Assembly: GCA_028826165.1 (NCBI GenBank)
Contig: JAPDFW010000064.1
Coordinates: forward strand, 124,001 to 188,000
Source of the DNA: Anaeramoeba ignava BMAN
Taxonomy: Eukaryota > Protista > Anaeramoebae
DNA: 64,000 nucleotides
Direction: 5' to 3'
The notes beneath the pieces are model-generated. The model did not search any database. It was not told the origin of the DNA and saw only the letters and a program-made list of their open reading frames with translations. Below are positions 1 to 13,565 of the stretch, in pieces (position 1 is the stretch's first letter; every line of letters begins with the position of its first letter). The position numbers and the translations under genes were made by a program.

Positions 1-216
1 GTGAAAAAAAAAAATGAAAAAAAAAATTCAAAAAAAATTTTTTTCAATTAAAAAAAACAACAAAAAAAAAAAAAAATTTTTAAAAAAGAAAAAAACCAAA
101 CTTAATTTTAATTTTAATTTTAATTTTAATTTTAATTTTAAATTTAATTTTAATTTTAATTTTAATTTAGAATTTTAATTTTAATTTTAATTTTAATTTA
201 AATTTTGGAATTCAAA

Positions 217-3200
217 TCATTTTTTTTGTTTTGGTAAATGAAATGGAAAGAAAACTTCTTTAAAATTATTCAATATTCCTTTTGAATAAGGATTGCGAAT
301 TTCTTTTTCTGTTGGAATATTTTTTAATTGGGAAATAAAAGTAACATTTTCATGAGTTCGTAAAAAAAGTTCTTTTAATTTTTCATTTGGAATTTTAAAT
401 TTATTTGGATCGATTGGTTTTCTTTGAGAAAGTGGTTTATTTTCTTCCATTTTTTCATATTTGGCAATTAGTCTTTTTGTTCTTGTGAAGCTTTAAAATT
501 TTCAAACATATGAATTTCTTCTTTTAAATCAGCATATCTGAAAGTTTCATTTGTTGTTGTATTAGTTGCAATCAAATATAAATGATATGCCACAAAAGCA
601 AATAAAACAATTCCCATCATAAAAACCATAATCAATAATCCAAATAAAGCTCTATATTCAACAATGATATACTTATAAAGAAAATTTTAATTTTATATTT
701 AATTTTAATTTTAATTTTGATTTTAATTTTAATTTTTTAAAATTTTTATTTTAATTTTAATTTTAATTTTTATTTTTAATTTTTTGATTTTAATTTTATT
801 TTTAATTTTAATTTTAATTTTAATTTTAATTTTAATTTTAATTTTAATTTTAATTTTGATTTTAATTTAAATTTGATTTTAATTTTAATTTTAATTTGAT
901 TTTAATTTTAATTTTAATTTGATTTTAATTTTATTTTTAATTTTAATTTTGATTTTAATTATAATTTTAATTTTAATTTTAATTTTATTATAATTATCTA
1001 CTCGAAGAATATGTGAAAAAGAGATTGGCGAAGGATTTCCATATTTATCAAAAAACACAAGATCTAAAATTGAACTATTTTTAACATTATAATATAAAAT
1101 TCGGAAAATAATATAACTTGCATAACTGCACATAATCATGTTTGCAATTAAAAATAAAACAAAATATCGATAATTATTTAATCCCATAGTATTTGCAACC
1201 CATCCACAATAGTGATCATAACGTGCAACACATTTGTTAACAAATCTACAATGTTTTGATCTTGCAGGTCTTTTTAAAAATGATTATTAAAATGATTATT
1301 AAAATTTATTATTAAATTTATTATTAAATTTATTATTAAATTTATTATTAAATTTATTATTAAATTTATTATTAAAATTATTATTAAATTTATTATTAAA
1401 TTTATTATTAAATTTATTATTAAAATTATTATTAAAATTTATTATTAAATTTATTATTAAATTTATTATTAAATTTATTATTAAATTTATTATTAAAATT
1501 ATTATTAAATTTATTATTAAATTTATTATTAAAATTTATTATTAAATTTATTATTAAATTTATTATTAAAATTTATTATTAAAAATTATTATTAAAAATT
1601 TATTATTAAATTTATTATTAAAATTATTATTAAAATTTATTATTAAAATTATTATTAAAATTATTATTAAAATTATTAAAATTATTATTAAATTTATTAT
1701 TAAATTTATTATTAAAATTATTATTAAAATTTATTATTAAAATTATTATTAAATTTATTATTAAAAATTTATTATTAAATTTTATTATTAAATTTATTAT
1801 TAAATTTATTATTAAAATTTATTATTAAAATTATTATTATTAAATTTATTATTATTAAAATTATTATTAAATTTATTATTAAATTTATTATTAAATTTAT
1901 TATTAAAATTTATTATTAAATTTATTATTAAATTTATTATTAAATTTATTATTAAATTTATTATTAAATTGATTATTAAATTTATTATTAAATTTATTAT
2001 TAAATTTTTATTAAATTGATTATTAAAATTTATTATTAAAATTATTATTAAAATTTATTATTAAAATTATTATTAAATTTATTATTAAATTTATTATTAA
2101 ATTTATTATTAAATTTATTATTAAAATTATTATTAAATTTATTATTAAAATTATTATTAAATTATTATTAAATTTATTATTAAATTTATTATTAAAATTT
2201 ATTATTAAATTTATTATTAAATTTATTATTAAAATTATTATTAAAATTATTATTAAATTTATTATTAAAATTATTATTAAAATTATTATTAAAATTATTA
2301 TTAAATTTATTATTATTAAATTTATTATTAAAATTATTAAAATTATTATTAAAATTATTATTATTAAATTTATTATTAAATTTATTATTAAAATTATTAT
2401 TAAATTTATTATTAAAATTTATTATTAAAATTATTATTAAAATTATTATTAAAATTATTATTAAAATTATTATTAAAATTATTATTAAATTTATTATTAA
2501 ATTTATTATTAAAATTATTATTAAATTTATTATTAAATTTATTATTAAATTTATTATTAAAATTATTATTAAAATTATTATTAAATTTAATAAAAATTTA
2601 TTATTAAAATTATTATTAAATTTATTATTAAATTGATTATTAAATTTATTATTAAATTGATTATTAAAATTATTATTAAATTCATTATTAAATTTATTAT
2701 TAAAATTTATTATTAAATTTTTAAAAGAAAAATTGGAGTTGCGAAAATGAAAAAAATCGAAAAGTTAATCCCAAATCCAAAATCTAAAAAACCAAAACAA
2801 TAAAAACAAATTACCTTTGAATCTTACAAGTTTCACAAAATTTTGGGAAAAAAATCAAATTATCTGGCGGAAAATGTGTTAAATAGATATCAACATTATC
2901 TTTTGTAATTGAACCAGGATCAGTGAAAACACAAAGAAGGAAAGTAGTAATAACGTTTGCAATGATTAAGAAGATATAAACACTATTAAAAAAATAAATA
3001 AAAAATTTATTTTCAATAAATCAATTTGCTTTTTAGATTAATAAATAATTTTATTACTAATTCCAAGAAGAAATTGTTGGAATTTGAATAATTTCAGGAA
3101 AAGCCCAAACAAAAAAAACAAAAAAACCGCCAATTAAAATAGCAACATAAAAAAGCATCATAAAAGGATTCCAAGTAAGACACATATAAACAACAATTTT

Positions 3201-3496
3201 TTTAAGAAAAGTATCTGCAGATTTACCAAAAATTTTAACAAGCATTTTCCTTAAAATTTTTTTAAAATTAAAATTTTTTTAAATTAAAATTTAAATTAAA
3301 ATTAAAATTAAAATTAAAATTTTTTAAAATTAAAATTAAATAAAAACTTCAAAAATGCCCAAATTTCATAAGTTAAAATTGAATGAACATATCCAATAAA
3401 TCCATTTCTATTAGATTCACTTTGTCCAAAAAGAAGAACATAAACAATAAAAGAAAGAAATCCAACATAAACGAAAATAAAAAGGAAAAAATCCAT
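217..3496 (-). CDS. DHHC-family protein S-palmitoyltransferase (Swf1/ZDHHC4-like), DHYC variant; 5 exons
   Basis: Exons at ~3496-3348, 3249-3058, 2982-2815, 1269-1002 and 671-217 are joined by GT-AG introns. The spliced product reads DPGxIT...[44 protein letters not shown], then TTNE and NPYSKGILNNFKEVF (PaCCT-like). One apparent 1-nt deletion at ~475. Confidence 0.92.
1280..2720. repeat. 11-12 bp minisatellite (TTATTATTAAA[A/T])n filling intron 3 of the DHHC gene
   Basis: Directly visible tandem array of ~1.45 kb, almost free of G and C. Confidence 0.97.
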
Positions 3497-3599
3497 TTTA
3501 AAAAAAAAATGAAAAAAAAAATGAAAAATTAAATTAAAAAATTTTTTTCATTTTTTTTCATTTTTTTTCTCTTTTCAATTCTTTAATAAAAAAATTATT
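3497..3599. promoter_or_regulatory. ~100 bp bidirectional promoter with T-rich TCA (Inr-like) motifs on both strands
   Basis: Divergent ATGs at 3496(-) and 3600(+). AAAAATGAAAAA occurs twice near the minus gene and TTTTTCATTTTT twice near the plus gene. Confidence 0.65.
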
Positions 3600-6500
3600 A
3601 TGAGCACAAGAAAAAAAAATACAAAAAAAGAAAGTGAATCGGAAACTGATTCAGAAAAAGAAAAACCAAAAGAAAAACCAAAAAAAAATAATAATAAAAA
3701 AATAATAATAAAAATAATCAAGAAAACGATAAAGAAAAAAAAGTTCACGTTGAATCAAATTCATTGAGCAGTGTAACAACCGATAGTGAGACAGAAAACA
3801 GTGCGGAAATAGAAGTTGATGATTATATTGATAGTCAAACTGAATCAGAAAGCTCTCAAGAAAGTTCTGAAGAATCAGAAATAGATCAAGAACAAGAAAG
3901 AAAAAATGAAGAATTTACCAAAAAATTAAATGAAAATCAATCAGAAATGCTCATTCAAATTGTTAATAAACTTCAAGATGCTTTTACAAAATTAGGGTAA
4001 TAAATATTTAATTTTGATTTAATTTAATTTAATTTTAATTTAATTTAATTTAATTTAATTTTTAATTTAAATTTTAATTTAATTTTAATTTAATTTTAAT
4101 TTAATTATAATTTAATTTAATTTAATTTTAATTTGATTTGATTTAATTTAATTTAATTTTAATTTAATTTAATTTAATTTAATTTAATTTTAATTTTAAT
4201 TTTAATTGAAAGAATTGCAAATTTGGATCTTCCTCAAATTGCAGTTGTGGGTAGTCAAAGTTCAGGGAAAAGTAGTGTTTTAGAAAGTATTGTTGGAAGA
4301 GATTTTCTTCCAAGGTAAAAATTTCAAATTAAAAAATTTCAAATTAAAAATTTAAATTAAAATTTCAAATTAAAAAATTTCAAATTAAATTTCAAATTAA
4401 AAAAATTTTTAGAGGATCTGGAATTGTTACAAGACGCCCACTTGTTCTTCAATTAATTAGAGATACAAGTTTAAAAGGAGGTTTGAAAAAGAAAAATTTT
4501 TTAAAAAATCAAAAAGAAAAACTGATTTAGCAAAAATTTCAAATATAAAAATTTCAAATATAAAAATTTATCTAATTAATTAAAAGAATATGGTGTGTTT
4601 TTACATGCTTCTGAACAAAAATTTTATTCTTTTGAAGATATTTGTGAAGAAATCATTCGGGAAACAGATCGTGTAACAGGAAAAAATAAAGGATTATCTC
4701 CAGTTCCAATTAATTTAAAATTATTTTCACCAACTGTTGTTAATTTAACTTTAATTGATCTTCCAGGAGTTACAAAAATTGCTGTTGGTATGTTAAAAAT
4801 AACCGAAAACAAGAAATATTTATTTTGATTTAAAAAATATTTATATTTATAATTATAATTATATTTATATTTATATTTATATTTATATTTATATTTATAA
4901 TTATATTTATATTTATATTTATATTTATATTTATATTTATATTTATATTTATATTTATAATTATATTTATATTTATATTTATATTTATATTTATATTTAT
5001 ATTTATTTTTATATTTATATTTATATTTAGATTTATATTTATATTTATATTTATTTTTATATTTATATTTATATTTATTTAAAAAGGTGATCAACCTGAA
5101 GATATTGAAAAACAAATTGAAGAGATGGTTTTAAATTATATTAAACGACCAAATTGTATTATTTTAGCTGTAACTCCTGCAAATTCAGATCTTGCTAATT
5201 CGGATTCTTTAAAACTTGCTAAAAGAGTTGATCCAAAAAGTAAATAAATTAAAATTAAAATTAAAATTAAAATTAAAATTAAAATTAAAATAAAATTAAA
5301 ATTAAAATTAAAATTAAAATTGAAATTAAAATTAAAATTAAAATTAAAATTAAAATTAAAATTAAAATTAAAATTAAAATTAAAATTAAAATTAAAATTA
5401 AAATTAAAATTAAAATTAAAATTAAAATTAAAAAATTAAAATTAAAATTAAAATTAAAATTAAAATTAAAATTGAAAATAAATTAAAAAGGAGAAAGAAC
5501 TATTGGTGTTTTAACAAAATTGGATTTAATGGATGAAGGAACAGATGCTTATGATATTTTAGAAGGAAACTTAATTGGTTTAAAATTTATTGGTGTTGTA
5601 AATAGAAGTCAAAAAGATTTGGAAAATAGAAAAGATATTACTTCTTCACTTGAAGCAGAACGCTTTTTTTTTGAATCACATCCAAAATATGGACAAATTG
5701 CATCAAGAATGGGAACTCCCTATCTTACAAAAATATTAAATAATGTATGGAAAAAAAAAATGCAAAATGAAAGAATTTTTTCCAAAAACTTGAAAGAAAA
5801 GAAAATTTATTGATTAACCAAAAAACTTTTCATATTAAAAATTTTTAGAGATTAGTTAATCATATCCAAAAATGTCTTCCTGAAATTTCACGTTCAATTG
5901 AAACAGAATTATCAAAAGCTCAAGCAGAACTTGAAAATATGGGATCTGATGAAGGAGATCTTCAAAGAAAACAAGTAAGAAAACAATAACAAAAAAATAA
6001 TAAAAAATTAAAAATAAAAATTAAAATAATTAAAAACAAAATAAAGATTGCTTTTAAATCACTTTCTCGTTTTGCACAAGAATTTAAGGATTTAATTGAT
6101 GGAACAGATAGTGAAACTGATTATGTTGATTCGGATTATGCAAAAAAAGTTCTTGGAGGTGCTAAAATAAGATATCATTGTACAGTTACATTAAAAAAAG
6201 GAATTCAAAATTTAAGATTAGGAGATGATCTCAAAGATGCCAGTAATTTATTTAATTTATTTTAATTTAATTTGAAAAAAAAAATTTGATAAAAAAATTT
6301 ACAAAAATTTGAAATGTTTGAAATGATTATATAAAGTTATATACCGATATATCCAAAATGCAGAAGGTGCAATTACAAGACTCGGAATTCCGGAAAATGC
6401 ATTCCAATGGGCAATTAGAACAGGATTATCAAAATTATTTGAGCCATGTTTAGCATGTGCAAAAAATGTGGAACAAGAATTAATAGAAACAGTTATAACA

Positions 6501-7579
6501 ACAGCAAATAAAATTAAAGAATTTGGATCATTTCCGATTCTTCGAGATCGAATATTAGAAATATCACAAGAATTAATTCACAATTTTTTGAAACCAACAC
6601 AAGATCTCATAACAAAATTAATTAACATGGAACTTTCATTTATCAATTTCGATCATCCTTTGTTACAACTAAAAAAATTTACAGAAGAAAAAACACAAGG
6701 TTTAATTGAAGGATGGCTAACCAAAATAAGTCCAAAAAAAAAGACAAGATGGTTTGTTCTGAAAGGAAAAACTTTATTTATTTATGCAAGTCCTAATGAA
6801 TCTCATGCAATGGATGTTGTTCCTTTGGAAGGTTGTTTTGTGGAATCTTTTCAAGATATTGAAAATTTTCAAAAACAAAATCCAGAAAAAAAAGATGATG
6901 ATGAAGATGAAGATCTCGAAGCAGGTAAATAAAAAATATTGAAAATGTCATGTTAAAAATGAATTCCAAAATGTCATGTTAAAAATTAAAAATTTAATCA
7001 TTTTTGATTCATTTAGTTGAAAAACCAAAATTTGTTCCTAATGGTCCAACTCTTGTTAAAGAAAGAAGAAAATCAATTTTTGGAAGAAAAAAACAAACCG
7101 AATTATTAATAAAAGAACAAGAATTATACTTTCGAATTCGACATCCATTTATAAAACATTTATTAAAAAAAGAAGAAATTCTTGAATTTATTGCAGAAGA
7201 CGTAGAAACTTTTGAAAAATGGTTTAATCCAATAAAAAAAGCAGCTCAAGGAAGTGAAAAAGGTTTAAAAAGTAGAACAAATAGAGATATTTGGCTTGTT
7301 AGAGAAGTTGCAAATTCTTATTTTAGAACAGTTACAATAACTTTATCTGATACTGTTCCAAAAGCAATTATGTTTGAAATGGTAAATCCAACTAAACAAA
7401 AACTTGAAGGTTCTTTAATGGCAAGAATTTATGATGAAGAATTATTAGATGATATTATGAATGAAGATCCTGCTATTAAAGAAAAACGTCAAAGATTGAA
7501 AAGAACAATTCTACTTCTTCAAGAAGCAAAAGAAATTCTTTCAAATGTTTCTTCAATTAAAATTCAAACAAAAATTTAA
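3600..7579 (+). CDS. Dynamin-family GTPase with middle, PH and GED domains; 10 exons
   Basis: Motifs [51 protein letters not shown] and GVVNRSQ. PH-like [20 protein letters not shown] and [43 protein letters not shown]. Acidic N-terminal extension with an apparent 1-nt deletion in the A-run at ~3700. Confidence 0.95.
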
Positions 7580-7824
7580 GAAAAAAAGAAAAAAGAAAAA
7601 AGAAAATAAGTTGAATTGAATTTTTTTTATACTTTCTTTCTTTCTTTCTTTCTTTCTTTTAATCAAAATTTCTTTTTTTTTTTAAAAATTCTTTCCACAA
7701 ACAAAACAAGAATTAAAAATTTAATTTAAATTTTCTTTTTACTTTTTTTGATTTTGATTAAAAAATTTTGTTTTTTTGAAAGAAAAACAAATTGAATTAA
7801 AAAAAAAAATATCAAAAATCCCAA

Positions 7825-10800
7825 TTACATTATTTTGAAACTTGCAAAAGGATCTTGAAAACCTCCATCATCTCTTACATATTCTTGTGCCATATCTTCA
7901 GTTTCATCTTGAGATAAAGGATTACTTTTAGCAACAATATGAGAAATAGCTTGAGAAGAAATTGAATGAGAATTTAATAATTCAAGAATTTTCATAAAAT
8001 AATCCAAAGAAGAATCAATAAATAAATTTAATTCTTCAAATTGTTCTTTTGTTAAACCTGAACTTTTTCCTAATGAATTAATTGCTTTTTTCTCAAGATC
8101 CAAACTATAAATATTTGATTCCAAAAACTCAGCAGCACGAAATCCTTCAATAAAACGTAACCAACGAAAGCTATTAATGCAAATTAATATTATGTGAATA
8201 ATTCTAATTTCAACTTTGGATTGTAATTTAGGATCAAATTCAAAATTAAGACAACATGGATCAATTATTAGTTTTTTTCTTTGTGAGAAATTATATAAAA
8301 ATTCTCCTTCTTTTAAAACAAAAGTTTTCCGAATTTCATTCAAAGATAATCTCACATGCAAATCAACTTCTAATTGTTCATTTTTTGATAAAGATTCATC
8401 TGAAATGAATTGTTTAATCATGATCAATTTAAGTCTTTTAATAAGTTTTGCAATTTCAATCATTCCTTTCTTTTGTTCTAAAATTGTAAATGGAGTAATA
8501 TAAGTCAAACATTCAAAATATTTTTGTGTGTGTTGAGAAACAACATCAAAAATATCATTATCAACAAATGGGATAATAGTATCTTTTCCAAAAGCATTTG
8601 GATATTCAAATCCTGATTTTGGATCAATAAATTCCAATCGATTTTGTGGTTCAAAATTCCTCATTTTTGCTCCAAAATTAACTTTTACTGTGATTCCTTC
8701 TGTTCCAAAAGAAATTATTGGAAGAACAACTTGATTTGGTTCAAATTTATTAGCAATTCCTAAAAAGAATCCATTTTTTGCAAATGCAATAACTCCTGTT
8801 GATAAATTAATAAAACAACTTATAGTATCTCCTTCATAAAATTGTGGTCCATAAACATAAGATCTGTTATTTTTGAAAATCATTCCTGTATTTCCATAAT
8901 AACCAATTGATGATGAATTTGGAATCAATGATTTTTGTGTTTTTTCTTCATCTTCAAAAATTTTCCCTAAACAACAACTTGAATATTCTTTGTGATATTT
9001 TTCATATTCTGATTTAATAACTAACCCAATTCCAAATGAAAATTTTTCAACAGGAATTTTTGATTTAATAATTTTCACTTCAAACATACATATTCCTTCA
9101 ATAAATGGTAAATTTGAAACAATATTTGAATAATTACTATTGAAATGACTTCGATTCTTTTTTCTCCAATATTCATTAACTTTTAAATTGAGTTTTTCTT
9201 GTATAATAATTTCAGAAGGAAGAGAAAAAATTAATTTTTCATTTTGTTTGATATTTGGTTGATTTAAAGAAATTAACTGTAAATTATTATTGTTATTATT
9301 ATTATTATTATTTTCATTTTCATTTTCATTTTCATCAATTTCAATATTTTCATCAAGTAAATGTTCAAACATTAAATCTGTTGAAGTTTTTGGTCCTGAA
9401 TGATAATCTCCAAATCCCATTTTATAAATTGCAAGTGTACTTTCTGTTTTAAACCAAATCATTGGAAATATTTTTTTCATTTGATCTTGAGAAAAATTCA
9501 AAGGAACTGAAAAAACAATTTGAGAATTAACATAAAATATAATTTTTTGTGTTTTAATTGAAATTAAACATCCTAAACATCTTCCCAATTTTATTGGTTT
9601 GAGGATTTTAACATTATTTCCAAGATTCATTTTAGGTTTTTGAGGTTGAATATCCCAATCAGAATCAGAATCAGAATCAATAGTTAATTTCAAAGGATCT
9701 GCTCTTAAATTTGGATTAGGAGGTTCTATTTCTTTATCATCTTTTTTAATATCCTTTTCATCTTTTTCATCTTTTTCATCTTTTTCATCTTTTCTTATCT
9801 TTTTCATCTTTTTCAATATCTTTTTCATCTGAAGATATCAATTTTAATTCTTGTTCATCTTTATCTTTATCTTCTTCTTTTTCTTTTTCTTTTTCTTTTT
9901 CTTCTTTTAACTTTTTCTTTTTATATGCTTGTGGATTTTGTTGAAAATAAAGTTCTTCATCTGCAATAATACAAATATTTTTTTGAAGTAATTCTTCAAA
10001 TGTTGATGTTTCTTGAGATTCATCATATAATCCTATTCCAATATTAGCTTTATTTATTTTTCCAGTATTTGCAATTTTAATTTCGAAATAGAAAGATTCA
10101 AAATTTTGAAGATAGAATTGATTCCATAAAGGAATTGGTTTTTCCATTATAACTTTTAATCCATCAGGATATTCATTTTTTTCTCCATAATAAATTAAGC
10201 ATTTGCCATTAAAAGTAGAAAAAATATCTTGATAATTACGTATAAAAAAAGGAAGTAAATTTTGTAATTGATTTTCAATTTGATTTTGATTTTCATTTTG
10301 ATTTTCAATTTGATTTTGATTTTCAATTTGATTTTCAATTTGATTTTGATTTTCAATTTCATTTTGATTTCGATTTTGATTCAAATCGTTTTTTATATTT
10401 GTAGATTTAATTGTTAATCTATCATCACTAATTTCTAATCCATCAGCTTTTTTCTTCATTTTAAATACATTTCCTTTTCCTAAATCCATTTCATCTTCAA
10501 TTTTTTCAACAAAAGATTTAACCATTTTAACATCACCAGCTAATTTACTATCTTTAACAGGAAACATTTCTGTAAATTCTCTTTTCACAAATTTAGATTT
10601 TTCCTTTTGAGTATTGAAACGATCCAAAGAATATTCACTATTGAAAAGATAAGAATCATTTGTCCATAATTTTCTTTTTGCTTCAGATTTTGTTTCAGGT
10701 GAATCCAAATGAAGTAATTCTGAAATATCCTTTTGAATCCATTGTTGTTTTGAATGTAATTTCAAAAACTTCTTTTTGGTTTGAATTTTGAAAGGATGTT

Positions 10801-13331
10801 GTGTTTTTTTCATTTCTTCTTCTGTCATAACTTCAAATTTTGGAATTGGAAGATCATATCCAGAATTTCTTCCTTGAATGAAAAAAATAGGGTTTTCAAC
10901 TTCTGGATATTTTCTATAAGAAAGATAAATTTTCTTTTCCTTAATCAATTTATAGTAACTATTTATATCATTTTTTATCATTTCTTTTATAGAGATGAAT
11001 TGATTTGAATTTTTTTCATTTTCTTTGTTTTCATTTTCTTTGTTTTCATTTTCTTTGTTTTCTTTTTCTTTTTTTTCATTTTCTTTGTTTTCACTTTCTT
11101 TGTTTTCATTTTCTTTGTTTTCATTTTCTTTGCTTTCACTTTCTTTGTTTTCTTTGTTTTCTTTTTTCTTTTTCTTTTTCTTTTTTTCTGAATCAATATC
11201 AATTTCTGATTGTGATTGTGATTCTTCAAATAATAAACGATCCAACAAAAGAGTTCCAATTTCATCATTTAGATATTTAATTGTTGAAAGTGTTCTTGAA
11301 ATATTTTCCTTTTGAATTTCATTTGAATTCCAATTTTGTGATTCTTGTTCCATTTTTTTAATTCTTTTTGCTTCTTCAAGTAATAAATATCTACAATCCT
11401 CATTACCAAATGTTTGAACCATCAAATTAATAAAAGGTTTTGATTCTTCAGACCAAGAGTCATAAGAATATAAATAAAACCCACTATTGATTTCCTCAAA
11501 TTCTCCATTTAATGGATTTGCAAATTCATGATAATATTTATTACCAACATATTTTTTCATTTTTTTCAAGAATAAAAAGGCTAAATCTTCTTGATAATAA
11601 AATTGAACAGCAAGAAAAAACATGCATTTATGATCATTTAATTGGAATATTTCTCCATCAGAGAAATTGATTTTGTTTGTATATCCATCTTCAATCGAGG
11701 ATTTTTTAACTAAATATTTAATTTGAGATTCAATTTCATTTTTTGAGTAATCATTTGGTGCTTTAGAAAATGTAAGCAAAATAGTTCTATCAAAAGATCT
11801 TGCAACAGCAAAATATCTTATATCCGATAAAGAAACCAATCCAATATCAGTTTCCACAAGTTCGATTTTGATTGGATGAATAAAAACACCAAAAATTAAA
11901 AATGCAATCCAAACAGTAACTAATGAATTCCAAATAAAAAACATATAAGATAATGATTCTGTAGGTTTTTTGCTTGAATCTTTATCGTTGATTAAATCAT
12001 TTTCATTTTTGATCACAATTCCAATCAAAACACCAACGCCAACTATTGCGCAGATGAATAAAATTATGTAAAACCATGCATATACTCTACTATTCATTAT
12101 GTTTTTTCTTTTGATAATTATACTTCTTCTTAAACTTTCCATCATATTAACTCCTTTAATAACAATTTCTTGTTCAATTAAAACTGAAAAAAACGCAAGT
12201 AAAAAAACACTTGCTAATAAAGCAAATCCAACTACAATTCCAATTGCAAATCTTATATCAAGCTAAATTATTAAATCATTAAAAAAAATTGTTTTTATTT
12301 TTGTTTTTCAATTTAAAATTTTTTTTCTTTTTGTTTTCTGATTTAATTTTTCAATTTACATCCAATATTGAAAATAATGTTCTTATTAAACTGTATTCTG
12401 TAAAAAAAGAACCAATTAAACACAAAAAGAAGAATAAAAATTTTAAAGGATTGATTTGATTTTTTGATGATCCAATTTCTTGTTGTTTGACAATATTTTG
12501 AATGTTTGAAACAACTGTTTTTATTGGTGTTAAAAGTAAAAAAGGTCCTGATCCCATAAGAACTGCTGCAAAAACAAAACTTCCTCTCATTGCTGTTTCA
12601 AGTTTTCCATTTGGTTTAAAATTTACAACAAGAGATATCATAGAGTAACAATAATACCAACCCAAAGCAAGGAAACTTAATGCCAATACTTTTTTGATAT
12701 TAATTTTAAATTTCATAAATGAATTTTAATTTTAATAATTTTAATTTTAATTTTAATTTTAATTTTAATTTTAATTTTAATATTAATTTTAATTTTAATT
12801 TTAATTTTAATAATTTTAATTTTAATTTTAATTTTAATTTTAATTTTAATTTTAATATTAATTTTAATTTTAATTTTAATTTTAATTTTAATTTAGATTT
12901 TAATTTTAATTTTAATTTTAATCTTGATTTTAATTTAGATTTTAATTGTTGTTCTTAATTTTAATTTTAATATTAATTTTAATTTTAATTTTAATATTAA
13001 TTTCAATTTTAATTTAAATATTAATTTTAATTTTAATTTTAATTTTAATTTTAATTTTAATTGCTGTTCTTAATTTTAATTTAGATTATAATTGTTGTTC
13101 TGAATTTTAATTTAGATTTAGATTTTAATTGTTGTTCTTAATTTTAATTTAGATTATAATTGTTGTTCTTAATTTTAATTATAATTTTAATTTTTTACAT
13201 TTAGGATGTCTTTGTGACATTCTAAAAATAAGATAAATAAATTGAAATATTGCAGCAAAAGCAACAGCAATAAATGTAACATAAGACATTATATTTAGAT
13301 TAACACTTAAAACACTTGAAACTTCTGTCAT
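7825..13331 (-). CDS. Multi-pass membrane protein (~7 TM) fused to a longin-like domain and two SPRY/B30.2-like domains; 3 exons
   Basis: Exons 13331-13199, 12688-12360 and 12262-7825 splice in frame, with one +1 frameshift in the DEK repeat at ~9795. Seven hydrophobic segments, then longin-like IRYFAVARSFDRTILL...YQEDLAFLFLKKMK, then SPRY-like FYFEIKI...IGIGL and MFEVKII...SIGYYGNTG...YGPQFYEGDTISCFINLSTGVIAFAKNG...VKVNFG. Confidence 0.8.
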
Positions 13332-13565
13332 TTTTTATTTTTTATTATTATTTAAAAAAATAATATTTTCCGTTAAAATTGAATAAAAAGAATAATAAAA
13401 AGAAATTAAAAGAAAAAAAAGAAAAAAAATGATTTTTATTTATTTTAATTTAATTTTTTTATTTTATTAAAGTTGGAACTAAAAAAAAATTTTTTTAATT
13501 TTTTTATTTTTCATTTTTTTTTAATTTTAATTTAAAATTTAATAATAAAAATAAATATAAAAAAA

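Noticed and set aside
492-508. Possible 17-nt GT-AG micro-intron that would repair the DHHC frameshift
   Set aside because: All other introns are ~60 nt or longer. One missing A in the run at ~475 explains the shift more simply (QEQKRLIAK).
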